From contig CAWCTR010000009.1 of assembly GCA_963798485.1 (NCBI GenBank), positions 32,001 through 96,000 on the forward strand: a stretch of DNA of 64,000 nt, in the 5' to 3' direction. Position 1 is the first letter of the stretch, and every line of letters starts with the position of its first letter. Source of the stretch: an uncultured delta proteobacterium. GTDB taxonomy: Bacteria; Desulfobacterota; Desulfomonilia; UBA1062. The notes under the pieces were generated by a model. It ran no database searches and was not told where the DNA came from. It was given only the letters and a program-made list of their open reading frames with translations. Made by a program: the position numbers and the translations under genes. Of this stretch, positions 51,812-61,396 are shown in pieces.

Positions 51812-52243
51812 TAAAAACATAGTTCACCATCGCACTTTTTTTTGCAGGTCTAACGTATAGCCAGCTGGGATCATGCCAACGATTCCCTTTCTGCGCCCTG
51901 TTTTTCATTATGCTCAGGTGACAGATTACAATCTGCACCAGGCACCCATCGGGTTTTAGACTGCACAGCGAGAGGATGAACCTAGATGAGTAGCCCTCTC
52001 AACCCGTACGCCCCTAACAGCATCTGCTGTCCCAGAAAAATATCGGTTCCTTGCCATGTTCAATTGTAAGTGACACGACAATAGGCTCTTCCGGCCACAC
52101 CTTAAAGACTCATGGCAAAGGCAGATCTGAACCATCGGAATTACCTCCACTGGATTCTTGTTTATAAGAGAGGGGTAAACGGCGGAGCAACCACGAAAAT
52201 GGTTCTTAGCCACCAAACGTCTGGTCTCGCCGTTTTCCCCTGC
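51812..52243 (-). ncRNA. Putative bridge/seekRNA region of the IS110 element
   Basis: About 430 nt non-coding, downstream of the transposase. Contains short matches to the target (CATTAT 51906, TGCCAA 51874) and the donor junction (CACCCAT 51943). Confidence 0.5.
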
Positions 52244-53269
52244 TCAGCAAAAGAGCATCTCTTCCTTGAACTCAACGCCATCTCTGAGCATATAGTAGCA
52301 GGCCCTGGCAAGCTTGCTTGCTATGGTCTTGATTGCCACCATCCTGTGAGTTTTCGAAGCCTTCCTTTTGTAGTAGCCGGCAATCTTCGGGGACTGCCTT
52401 AGGGAGATAAACGCCGCTTCAACAAATGCCCAAGCCAGATACCGGTTCCCATTCTTTGCATTGCCTTTGCCCTTGCTCTTCCCGTTCGAAAACCTCCCGG
52501 TAGGAACACAACGGCAGTAAGAGGAGAAGTCTCCCACCCTTGCAAACCGCGAAATATCTCCCACTTCCAGCATGATCGTCATGGCAAGGATGTCACCGAT
52601 CCCAGGAACCATGTGCAGTTTCTCAAAAGCATCCCTCGTCTTCACTTCTCTCTTTACCGTCTTCTCGATATTCCTGATGTTCTTCCCGAGAAAGGCTATG
52701 GTTTCAAGGCTCGTTGTACCAAGGAGAACTAAGTGCTCCTCCTTCAATATCCCTTTGATGTCTTCCGATTTAACCTTCCTCAGTGCATTCGCACTCATGT
52801 GCACACCGGTGTTCCTCTCGATCATGGACTGCAGCGAGATGATATGGGCTGTTCTTTGCTTTACCAGGAATGATCTCTTCCTCAAGAGATCTCGAACCGG
52901 TCGCTCTTCCCTGGGATAGATATATCCTTCAGGGAGAATGCCGAGAGACATCATCTGCGCAAGCCAGAAGGCATCATGTCGGTCATCCGCATACTTGAGC
53001 CCTTTGTACTGCTGTATCGCTGCAGGATTGGCAAGATGTACACAATCATACCCTGCCTCATTGAGCCCATCCACCAGCCAGTACCAGTTAAAGGTGCTTT
53101 CGACAGCTATCCCCCTGATCTCTTCACGGTAAGGGTTTAGGGTCCAAACGAGTTCTTCCAGGTTATTCTTTACACGCTTCTCGAAAACTCGCTTCATTGT
53201 TCCCTTCTCGATCAGCCCTATGTACGTGTTCCCTGAATGGAGATCCAACCCGGCATACAGCTCACTCAT
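52244..53269 (-). CDS. IS110 family transposase (DEDD recombinase)
   Basis: YAGLDLH, AVEST, DDRHDA, VPGIG, SYCRCVP...SNGK, GNRYL. Confidence 0.95.
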   Translation of the reverse strand: MSELYAGLDLHSGNTYIGLIEKGTMKRVFEKRVKNNLEELVWTLNPYREEIRGIAVESTFNWYWLVDGLNEAGYDCVHLANPAAIQQYKGLKYADDRHDAFWLAQMMSLGILPEGYIYPREERPVRDLLRKRSFLVKQRTAHIISLQSMIERNTGVHMSANALRKVKSEDIKGILKEEHLVLLGTTSLETIAFLGKNIRNIEKTVKREVKTRDAFEKLHMVPGIGDILAMTIMLEVGDISRFARVGDFSSYCRCVPTGRFSNGKSKGKGNAKNGNRYLAWAFVEAAFISLRQSPKIAGYYKRKASKTHRMVAIKTIASKLARACYYMLRDGVEFKEEMLFC

Positions 53270-53346
53270 GACACACCTCCTCCTGAGTTATTGTCTGTAT
53301 TATAGCCGTGCGATCTTGGCGAAAGTGCCTTTTAGATGATTATCAC

Positions 53347-53395
53347 ATTATCTATGGTTTTGGAAATCCCAACTCAGTTCGTTGCCTCTGGCACA
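53347..53395 (+). repeat. Dispersed repeat family copy H (right flank of IS110 insertion)
   Basis: ATTATC then 46 bp that are 44/46 identical to 39989-40034. Confidence 0.85.
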
Positions 53396-53770
53396 GGATC
53401 AACAGATTATTCACATGGGGTGGAAAATTTAAACGCTCATTTTTTACAGGCAGTTTTTATCACGCTCAATCACCCCACCTGTCAAAGTGCGGTTAAATCG
53501 GCGCTTACAAATATCCCGAGGATAATTGCAAATAATATTAATACCAACCATTCCATAAGTGGAATATCCTTTTTGTGAGGCGTTCAAGTAACTCATCCTT
53601 GTTGTTTAATCCCACATGATATTTAAGGTCGGTTAAAAAGTGCCGGAACTTAAGCATTACGAAAGTGTGGTGGGAACAAAGCCAAGGTCTTTACAGTGCA
53701 CGTTTGCAATCCAGGAACACCATTATAAAGTCAGACTCGGGCAAAGATTTTCTGGACCATCCTCATGGGT

Positions 53771-53835
53771 GATTTCTTCGATTTCTTATCGGTTTTAGGA
53801 TGTCTGAAAACCGAAGATCTTGGGCTGAAACATAC
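53771..53835 (+). repeat. Dispersed repeat family copy I
   Basis: CTTCGATTT..TCGGTTTT-N10-AAAACCGA (53789-53814, perfect inverted arms) followed by AGATCTTGG. Confidence 0.8.
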
Positions 53836-54093
53836 AGAGCATATCATTTCATACTAAAGCATGACACATGACGTAACGAGATTTATACTTACATCAGACT
53901 CCCTTAAAAATGAATCTGTCACCTTTTCTTTCTTTGGCAGATTGTATGATATACTCTATAGCATGTTTCTCCGGGCAGCTTAGGCAAATCTTTTAGGCTT
54001 GCCCATGGTTCTTCGTATTTCATGATAATCCTGCCAAACTCGACGAGCTTGGTCTGAAGGGCCAGGTTGTGAATCTATGAATTCAACTTACCA

Positions 54094-55749
54094 CTAGATT
54101 ACATCTCCCGCAGCAGCTCTGCCTGCGGTCCGTCCTGAGAACATGCACCCGCCAAGGAACGTGCCTTCGAGCGCCCTGTAGCCGTGCATGCCCCCACCAC
54201 CGAATCCCGCAACCTCGCCTGCGGCATAGACACCAGGAAGTGGTCGGCCGCCGTACATAAGGACGCGGCCTGAGAGGTCGGTCTCAAGGCCGCCCAGGGT
54301 CTTGCGGGTGAGGATCCACAGCCGCACCGCAATCAAGGGACCTGCAGCCGGGTCAAGGATCCGGTGCGGCCTTGCCACTCGGACCAGTTTGTCCCCGAGA
54401 TAGGCCCGTGCCGCTCTGATGGCCGTTACTTGGGCATCCTTGCAGAAGGCATTGGTGATCTCCCGGTCGCGGGCCATCACCTCCCGCTCAAGTTCGGACG
54501 GATCGATCAGGTTCTCACCGGTCAGGGTGTTCATACCCTGCACAAGCTCAGGCAACGTGCTACGGACTATGAAATCTACCCCTCGCTTTTTGAAAGTCTC
54601 CACAGGTCCCGGCGCCCCGGGAAGGACACGGCCTAAGATCATGAGGAGGCTACGGCCAGTGAGGTCAGGATTCTGCTCGGAGCCGGACAAGGCGAACTCG
54701 CGGGCAATGATGCGCTGGTTGAGCAGGAACCACGAATAGTCATACCCTGAGGAGGAGATATGCTTGAGCGCACCCAGGGTGTCGAACACGGGGAACAGTG
54801 GAATGGGTAAGCGATGCCCCATTGCATCCAGCCACAAAGGTGATGGCCCGCTTAAGATGCGGATGCCGTGGCGGGTCCAGATGGGAGCATAGTTTTGGAT
54901 GCCCTCGGGGTAGTGCCACATCCGGTCCGGGTTGATTATGCGGCCGCCGCTCGCACCAACGATCTCAAGCATTCGCCCATCCACATGGTCAGGCACGCCG
55001 GAGATCATGCGTTGCGGTGGCTCACCCATGTGCCTCGGCCAATTACGGCGCACCAGGTCGTGATTTCCTCCGATCCCCCCGGAGGTGACGATCACCGCCT
55101 GGGCACGAAGTGAAAAGTCACGTGAGACTACTCGGGAACTAGGGGTACCGCGTTCCGCACTGCTCGGTTCCAACACCTCGCCATAGACGCCTTCCACCAC
55201 GCCCCCGGTCATGTTCAAACTTGTGACACGGTGTCGGAACCGCAGTGTCACAAGGCCCTGTTTTTCTCCCTCATGAACACGACGGATAAATGGCTCCAGC
55301 ACCCCCGGACCTGTACCCCATGTCACATGAAAGCGGGGGACCGAGTTACCAGGTCCGTTCGCCAGGTAACCTCCCCGTTCCGCCCACTGCACAATGGGAA
55401 ATATGCGCACACCCAGGCCCTTAAGCCAGGCACGCTTTTCTTCTGAAGCAAAACCCACATAGGCCTCGGCCCACTTACGCGGCCAATAGTCTTCGTCCCG
55501 ATCAAACCCTGCTGTTCCAAGCCAGTCCTGCAGTGCCAAGTCGTAGGAATCCCTTATGCCGAGCCTGCGCTGCTCTGGCGAGTTGACGAAGAACAGGCCG
55601 CCGAAAGACCAGAAGGCCTGCCCTCCCAATGAGGTCTCCGGCTCCTGATCCAGCACTATCACCCGGCGTCCGGCACTGACAAGTTCACAGGCGGCTACAA
55701 GACCGGCAAGACCCGCACCGATTATAATTACATCTGCATCACTGGCCAT
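54094..55749 (-). CDS. FAD-binding dehydrogenase (KsdD-like/COG3573 type)
   Basis: IGAGLAGL, GGQAFWSFGG, RFHVTWGTG, LTRKTLGG, HGYRALEGTFLGGC. Confidence 0.9.
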   Translation of the reverse strand: MASDADVIIIGAGLAGLVAACELVSAGRRVIVLDQEPETSLGGQAFWSFGGLFFVNSPEQRRLGIRDSYDLALQDWLGTAGFDRDEDYWPRKWAEAYVGFASEEKRAWLKGLGVRIFPIVQWAERGGYLANGPGNSVPRFHVTWGTGPGVLEPFIRRVHEGEKQGLVTLRFRHRVTSLNMTGGVVEGVYGEVLEPSSAERGTPSSRVVSRDFSLRAQAVIVTSGGIGGNHDLVRRNWPRHMGEPPQRMISGVPDHVDGRMLEIVGASGGRIINPDRMWHYPEGIQNYAPIWTRHGIRILSGPSPLWLDAMGHRLPIPLFPVFDTLGALKHISSSGYDYSWFLLNQRIIAREFALSGSEQNPDLTGRSLLMILGRVLPGAPGPVETFKKRGVDFIVRSTLPELVQGMNTLTGENLIDPSELEREVMARDREITNAFCKDAQVTAIRAARAYLGDKLVRVARPHRILDPAAGPLIAVRLWILTRKTLGGLETDLSGRVLMYGGRPLPGVYAAGEVAGFGGGGMHGYRALEGTFLGGCMFSGRTAGRAAAGDVI

Positions 55750-56039
55750 TCATCTTCCTCCTATGGGATACCTTCTTAATTTTCTCTCCCAACGGCTCTT
55801 ATTTATATAAGTCCTGAAAGATTAAAAGGGAGATGACACTTAAAATCTCTCTGCTCCTATGCCTTTTCGGAAAGAGCAGAGAGAAAGACTTCTGGATCTC
55901 TCCATGACCTTCCACTCAAAAACAATTTTCCAGAAATCCCACCAGAGATTTATTAGAAAAGTAGGGGTCAAAGATGATTTTCTAATATGATTGATCTCTG
56001 TAATAACTCATCTGCCTCAATCTTTGAGTATCAACCATA

Positions 56040-56225
56040 GATTACTTCGATTTCATCACGGTTTTCAAAAGTCCAAAAGCTGATGATCTTGGTTTCAAAT
56101 CAATGGTATTCTGGCTACAGATTCAAAGCGCCGCTCATGGCACATTATCATCGGTTTCTTGGGACGTGTGGGATCGATGATTTTATTGTATAATCATCGC
56201 TTTAGCCTATATGAATAGTTCTGAT
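56040..56225 (+). repeat. Dispersed repeat family copy J (longest copy)
   Basis: Five alternating-orientation arms related to AAACCGATGAT. Contains GATGATCTTGGTTT and TGGCACATTATC (56138-56149). Confidence 0.85.
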
Positions 56226-56243
56226 CAGTTGCTACGCATCATC

Positions 56244-56990
56244 CTATTGCTCTCCTCTATCGTCCAGGCATACCGAAGAGATATCCGTCTCAAGGGGGAG
56301 ATCGACAATAAATGTGGTCCCTGTCCCTATAGAGCTCTCCACCCTGATAGCCCCTTTGTGCTTCATAATAATGCCAAGAGAGATGGACAGACCGAGGCCG
56401 GTCCCTTTCCCCGCTTCCTTGGCGGTGAAGAAGGGCTCGAAAATCTTTTCTCTCTGCTCAGGAGATATCCCGCAACCAGTATCTGCAATGCTGATATGGA
56501 TACAGCCATCAGATTCCCAGGTTTTGATGGTGATCTTACCACGGTTATCAATGGCATGGGCGGCGTTCACTAAGAGGTTTATAAATACCTGGCTAAGTTG
56601 CTGGGGAAAGCATCTGAGCTTGGGGATATCACCCAGCTCCATTATCACCTCGGCCTTGTACTTGAGCTCGTTCCAGACAACGGTAAGAGTACTCTCAATG
56701 CAGGTACTGATGTCAGAAAAGACAAGCTCAGGCTCGTCCTTGCGGGAGAAGCTCTTGAGGTCGATCACGATTTTCTTCACCCTGTCCGCACCATCTAAGG
56801 ACTCGGAGATGAGGTCGAGGATATCCTTGAGGATGTAATCAATCTTGAGAGATTTCCTCTTTTCGATAAGGTCCTTGCTGCTGTCCTGACTGCATGAAGC
56901 CAGAATATCGTCCTGGTATTTCAGGTACTCGGTTATCCACTGGGAATATTTCCCCATGGTGTTCAGGTTGCTGGTGATGAATCCAATGGA
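56244..56990 (-). pseudogene. Histidine kinase C-terminal part (NtrB-like), 5'-truncated
   Basis: QVFINLLVNA, DTGCGI, FEPFFT, GTGLGL. Upstream reads IGFITSNLNTM, but the phospho-His box and sensor are missing. Confidence 0.75.
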
Positions 56991-57299
56991 ATCAAAGGAG
57001 ATTTGTATCCCAGGGGGATTAGCCCTTTGCTTATATCGCCTCCTCCTTTATAAAATATAGGGGAGAGACTGATGGCCTGTTCTGGGCCGAGGTGGGCGCC
57101 AACCCCCGGGATATTGAGGAAAAGACCGAGGAAGGCAGGGGCGAGACCGTGCAGCGTTGCCGGACCATATTTTCCGAATGCGGGTGGGGGTGCTGGGAAG
57201 GGTCGTCACGTTTCTACCTGCAGCTCTAATGAGTTCCTCCGGTTTGACAATCGAGTACTGTTGTTGTAGGGCGTGGTGGTAACGACTATGGGTAAGAAT

Positions 57300-57530
57300 A
57301 TGGATATCAATGCTCTTATAAGAAGGATAAAGGCCCTTCCGGATTTGAAAAGGTCGGAATGATCCTCTGTCACAACGGCATCGTGCGTGGAACCTCACAG
57401 GACGGGCGCCCCGTAACCGGCATAACTGTTCATGCCGATTATACTGCCCTTACGCAGATCATCGCCCAACAGAGCAAGCGACCCGGGATCATTAATATCC
57501 AGGTTGAAGTCAATGAAGGCATTAAAAGCA
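57300..57530 (+). pseudogene. MoaE-like molybdopterin synthase subunit, frameshifted and truncated
   Basis: MDINALIRRIKALPD / FEKVGMILCHNGIVRGTSQDGRPVTG...VEVNEG, then similarity ends. Confidence 0.65.
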
Positions 57531-57602
57531 GGGTCTTGACTATGTTGATCTGCAGGCTATTTACGCTGTCAACATACTACAATTAATCTCAAAGGAGTTT
57601 TT

Positions 57603-57991
57603 ATGAAAAGAGTTCCAATCATTCTTACTCTCATGACACTCCTTCTGTGGTGTTTTTCGGCATCTGCAGCTGAGGTAAACAAAGAAACAACACCTTATCG
57701 CTCAATCAGGCACTTCAGGAGATCATGAAGGCCCAAGGTGTCAATGAGATTAAATCCATTGATTGCAGCAAGGTGACGGAAAAGCAGATGGAAGATCTTG
57801 GCGATGCGTTCATGGATGTCGTGCATCCAGATTCTTCTGAACATGAATTCATGGACCGGATGATGGGTGGAGAAAAATCCCCTACGCTGGTTTCGATGAA
57901 AAGAATGATAGGAGCACGGTATCTAGGCTGCTACAAGGGAGAGCTCACAAAAGAGGAGTTTGAGCAGAAGAAAAAAAACCTTGGCCTATAA
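57603..57991 (+). pseudogene. Exported Met/His-rich protein with SHOCT-like tail, frameshifted
   Basis: RBS AAGGAG and a signal peptide at 57603, out of frame with the 57725 ORF (HEFMDRMMGGE...KGELTKEEFEQKKK). Confidence 0.55.
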
Positions 57992-58056
57992 GATTTTATT
58001 ACCCGGAACTCTCGAACTCCAGGAATCAAGTAGAACATTAGACAGGAGTTGAATGT

Positions 58057-58443
58057 ATGCAATATTATTTCAGTAAGAGTTTAGATATGAGCTTTGATGA
58101 AGCCGTTGCAAAAGTTATAGATGAGCTGATGAAAGAAGGTTTCGGAATTCTCACTGATATCGATGTTCAAAAGACATTGAAAAACAAGCTTGATGTCGAC
58201 TTCATGAAGTATAGAATTCTAGGTGCCTGCAACCCATCCTTTGCATATAAGGCATTACTTGCAGAGAACGAGATTGGCACAATGCTGCCTTGCAATGTCA
58301 TAGTACGAGAAGCTGATGGTGATAAGGTTGAGGTTGCAGCCATCGACCCTATCGCCTCCATGCAGGCTGTTCAGAATCCCTCACTAGGAGAGATCGCTTT
58401 ACAGATTCAGGCTAAACTGAAAAAGGTAATAGATGGCTTATAA
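58057..58443 (+). CDS. DUF302 family protein
   Basis: GFGILTDIDV, YRILGACNP, LPCNVIVRE, AAIDP. Confidence 0.92.
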   Translation: MQYYFSKSLDMSFDEAVAKVIDELMKEGFGILTDIDVQKTLKNKLDVDFMKYRILGACNPSFAYKALLAENEIGTMLPCNVIVREADGDKVEVAAIDPIASMQAVQNPSLGEIALQIQAKLKKVIDGL

Positions 58444-58477
58444 TTTCAGCAATAGCTTTTCATAAAGGGGGTGTACT

Positions 58478-59440
58478 ATGTCCCATAATAAGCTTTTATA
58501 TGGCCTCCAAGGCAGCACATATCTTTTGAAGGATCTTAACTGAGCACTTGCCACCCTGGAGGTCGTCCAGGATATGGTCGGCAAGCAAGAAGACATAGTA
58601 TTGAGGTCTGTCACAGGCTTGGAAGGAGGGCTCGTTGCTCGTGGATCTACCTGTGGTGTAGTGACGGGAGGGGCACTGGGTATTGCACTTATGAGGGTAA
58701 ATGAAATTGACAAAGGTGGAGAGGCTGCACAAAAGGCCATTATGCAGGAGGCCAGGGAGTATATCGACTGGTTCCAGAACGGATTTAAAACCACCCTCTG
58801 CAGGGAAAGGACGAGTGTTGATTTTTATAAGACTTTTGGCCAGCTTCGGTACTTTCTCCCGAATGCAGTGGGAAGATGTTTGTGGCACACAGGTAAGGCT
58901 ACGAGCTATCTAAATTCTCTGAGCACGTCCCCGCTTCAAGTATCAATCAAAAATTCCACGAACCTTGATGCAGAAACTATCCATTGTGCGACAAAGGTCC
59001 TCAAGGGTGTGCGTGAATCATGCGGGGTTGGTGATGAAATCGTGGAGAAGATCACCTTTGTATTGGATGGTGGAGTTGCTCTGAGCGGTGGTCTCTGCGG
59101 GGCCATGGCAGGGGCTGTGATGGCGGCCAATCTTGTTTTTGGATGGAACATCCGCAAGATGAGTTATCCTACAACCATCAAGGAATTCGTACGGGGGCAT
59201 GTGAACCTTCTCAGGAAGCATACCTCAGAAAAACCTGAAACATTTGCTATCGGCAAGGATATTATGAATCGGTTCCGGGGTATGGAGACCTCATTGGAGT
59301 GTTCCCATATAACAGGGAAGACTTTCTCAAGCTGGGACGATTTCCAAACTCATTTGCACTCGTCGTGCTCATGCCAAGATCTTATTAAGGAGGCAATTAA
59401 AGTTACATGTAATGTCATCACCCATGCTCTTCCTCTATAG
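58478..59440 (+). CDS. C-GCAxxG-C-C family redox protein, tandem domains, predicted selenoprotein (Sec at codon 22)
   Basis: RBS GGGGG and ATG at 58478 are in frame with the ORF through TGA 58541. DLN-U-A aligns with second-domain TIH-C-A. TCGVVTGG and LCGAMAG motifs; SECIS-like hairpin downstream. Confidence 0.8.
58555..58571 (+). promoter_or_regulatory. Bacterial SECIS-like hairpin
   Basis: CCTGGA-GGTCG-TCCAGG starting 11 nt after the UGA. Confidence 0.7.
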
Positions 59441-59514
59441 GAAGAACTAGTTGTCAGCAATCTACATACCCAAAAGGGTTTATACAATGAGCATAAGCAA
59501 GAGAAGATGAGTGT

Positions 59515-60315
59515 ATGATGTTCTCCATTACGAGGCTAAGGAACAGGGTCATTGCAAAGGTGATTACAAGTTTCCCTGCGTTGGCTAAAGGATTCATCGA
59601 AGCATATAAACCATGGGAATCTGAGGATATCCCTTGGACTCCTGTGAAAAAGCCTTTAGCAGAGAGTACTGTTGCCATCGTCACTACTGCAGGTGTACAT
59701 CGTAAAGACCAAAAACCCTTCTACATGCATGATAAAAATGGTGACCCTTCTTTTCGAGAGATCGACGGCAATACTCCTGTACAAGATCTCATGATCACCC
59801 ATGACTATTATGACCATACCGATGCCGGGAAAGACTTGAACATAGTCTTCCCTATAGAACGTCTGCAGGAATTCGTTTCAGAGGGTATTATTGGAAAGAT
59901 GGCGGATGCGCATTACACCTTCATGGGTCACATAATGGGGCCGCACATCTACACGCTCATTGAAGTGAGTGTCCCGGAGGTAGCTGCCAGATTGAAGAAG
60001 AAGGAAGTGGACTATGTACTGTTAACACCGGGTTGAGCTATCTGCAATCAGTCCGTGGGACTGATCCAGCGGGGTATTGAGGCTACCGGTATACCCACCA
60101 TCGGAATCTCTATTGTCAGGCAGTATACTGAAAAGGTTAAACCGCCCAGGACAATCTTCCTCAAGTGGCCCTTCGGGCACCCGCTGGGTGAGCCAAATCA
60201 CATTGTTCAACAACGTGCTGTTATGCATAAGGCATTTGAAGCCCTGATGGAAATTAAAACACCCGGAACAATTATTGATGTACCCTGGAAGTGGAAAAGA
60301 GAAAGATTTAAATAG
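59515..60315 (+). CDS. GrdB/PrdB-family (glycine/sarcosine/betaine/proline reductase selenoprotein B-like) selenoprotein, UxxC
   Basis: VAIVTTAGV, GDPSFR, DLNIVFP, then VLLTPG-U-AIC-NQSVGLIQR.IE..GIPT...PFGHPLG. The two ORF-track halves are in the same frame, joined by TGA 60034. Confidence 0.9.
60047..60065 (+). promoter_or_regulatory. Bacterial SECIS-like hairpin
   Basis: ATCAGTCC-GTG-GGACTGAT perfect 8-bp stem starting 10 nt after the UGA. Confidence 0.75.
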
Positions 60316-60358
60316 CAAACTTGAACATATTTTGCCTGAACCCCAGAAGAGTGATGGG

Positions 60359-60832
60359 TCATGACTGAACCTTTTTTTTCAGCCCGAACAAAGAGGAGAT
60401 CATTCTTAAGATGAGGCCTGTTCCAACGCCCCAGGCCCCATTGATGATCAATGCTGTCACAAGGAGCGGAACATGCCAGCCTCCCCCCATTGGCTTACCC
60501 TTGAGTGGTAGAACCACAAAAAACGCTACTAGGGACGGCAGAATTGCCCCGAACAAAAAGGCTATAACCCAATAGTTACCATACCGTGTGAACAACCTGT
60601 CTATAAGGGCGAATAAGATGCCCCATACCCCACCCCAGATTGAAAGCGAAAACATCGCTGGAAGATTAAATGGCTTGGTTGCTGCAAAAGAGAATGGAGG
60701 AAACGGCGCCAGACCAATGCCCCACAGAACGGCCAATGATAACTGGTGAAAGATCAAAGTGGCAAGAAACCCTGCGATAAAGCCCAGTAAAAGACGTTCA
60801 AAAAACATTATATTTGAGTTTGAATGAACCAT
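60359..60832 (-). CDS. Hypothetical 4-TM membrane protein
   Basis: GFLATLIFHQ, WGGVWG, VVLPLKG, NGAWG; RBS AGGAGG. Confidence 0.8.
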   Translation of the reverse strand: MVHSNSNIMFFERLLLGFIAGFLATLIFHQLSLAVLWGIGLAPFPPFSFAATKPFNLPAMFSLSIWGGVWGILFALIDRLFTRYGNYWVIAFLFGAILPSLVAFFVVLPLKGKPMGGGWHVPLLVTALIINGAWGVGTGLILRMISSLFGLKKKVQS

Positions 60833-60958
60833 AACTCACCTCCTGAAGGTATCCGGCAGCATGAACAAGCACTGTCATAAGCATAACTAATCGCCTCTCT
60901 TTCTAAGTCAAGAGACGAAAGAAACAAAATCATTAACACCAAAAACGAACTGAAGATT

Positions 60959-61050
60959 TGTGTCAGAAGCAACGACCTGAGTTGGGTTTTTCAAAACCAT
61001 AGATTTCATGATAATCATCGCTTTGCCCATATTGAATATCTCTTCGATAG
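60959..61050 (-). repeat. Dispersed repeat family copy K (inverted)
   Basis: Reverse complement of 60959-61004 is 41/46 identical to 39989-40034. Adjacent ATAATCATCGCTTTG is shared with copies F and J. Confidence 0.85.
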
Positions 61051-61180
61051 ATGATCGCTTTCTTGATCATCTAAAATGTACATATCTTGAGTTGAGATCT
61101 ATCCTTTGCTGGTGGCATTCACAAAGTAACGATCCTGGCACGCTCTTACCCCGGGACAACGCCACATGTGCCTCGTTTGA

Positions 61181-61396
61181 TAATTCCCTGTTCCTCGATT
61201 TTATTTCCCTGATATGTTAAAAAATTTCCCTGTTATGTTGAGTAGGGAATTTAGTTGTAACTCACTAGAATGAGAGATCATATCGATGCAATTTCTTTAA
61301 TAAAGGTCCCAGAAACGATAAAATTCCCTGTAAATTCCCTGATAAACAGGGAATTTGGTGTAGAGAATGGTTCGCACTTGACTGCCTGCACCACCA
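61181..61396 (+). repeat. TTCCCTG-iterated region followed by a tRNA-3'-like tail (probable integrative-element end)
   Basis: TTCCCTG at 61184, 61205, 61226, 61324 and 61335; inverted (C)AGGGAA at 61244 and 61347; then GGTTCG...CACCACCA. Confidence 0.6.

Larger units (their letters stand above)
51791..53346 (-). mobile_element. IS110 family (IS1111-type) insertion sequence, apparently complete
   Basis: Sub-terminal IRs CAT(C)TAAAAGGC, CAC core at both junctions, long non-coding region downstream of the transposase. Removing it restores TGGCACATTATC. Confidence 0.85.

Noticed and set aside
57060-57290. GC-rich patch that might be an ncRNA
   Set aside because: No recognisable RNA family motif or convincing long stem; more likely an unidentifiable coding remnant.
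61369-61396. tRNA gene or attR of the tRNA-Ala island
   Set aside because: No cloverleaf, and the sequence does not match the 3' end of tRNA-Ala at 36527-36599.
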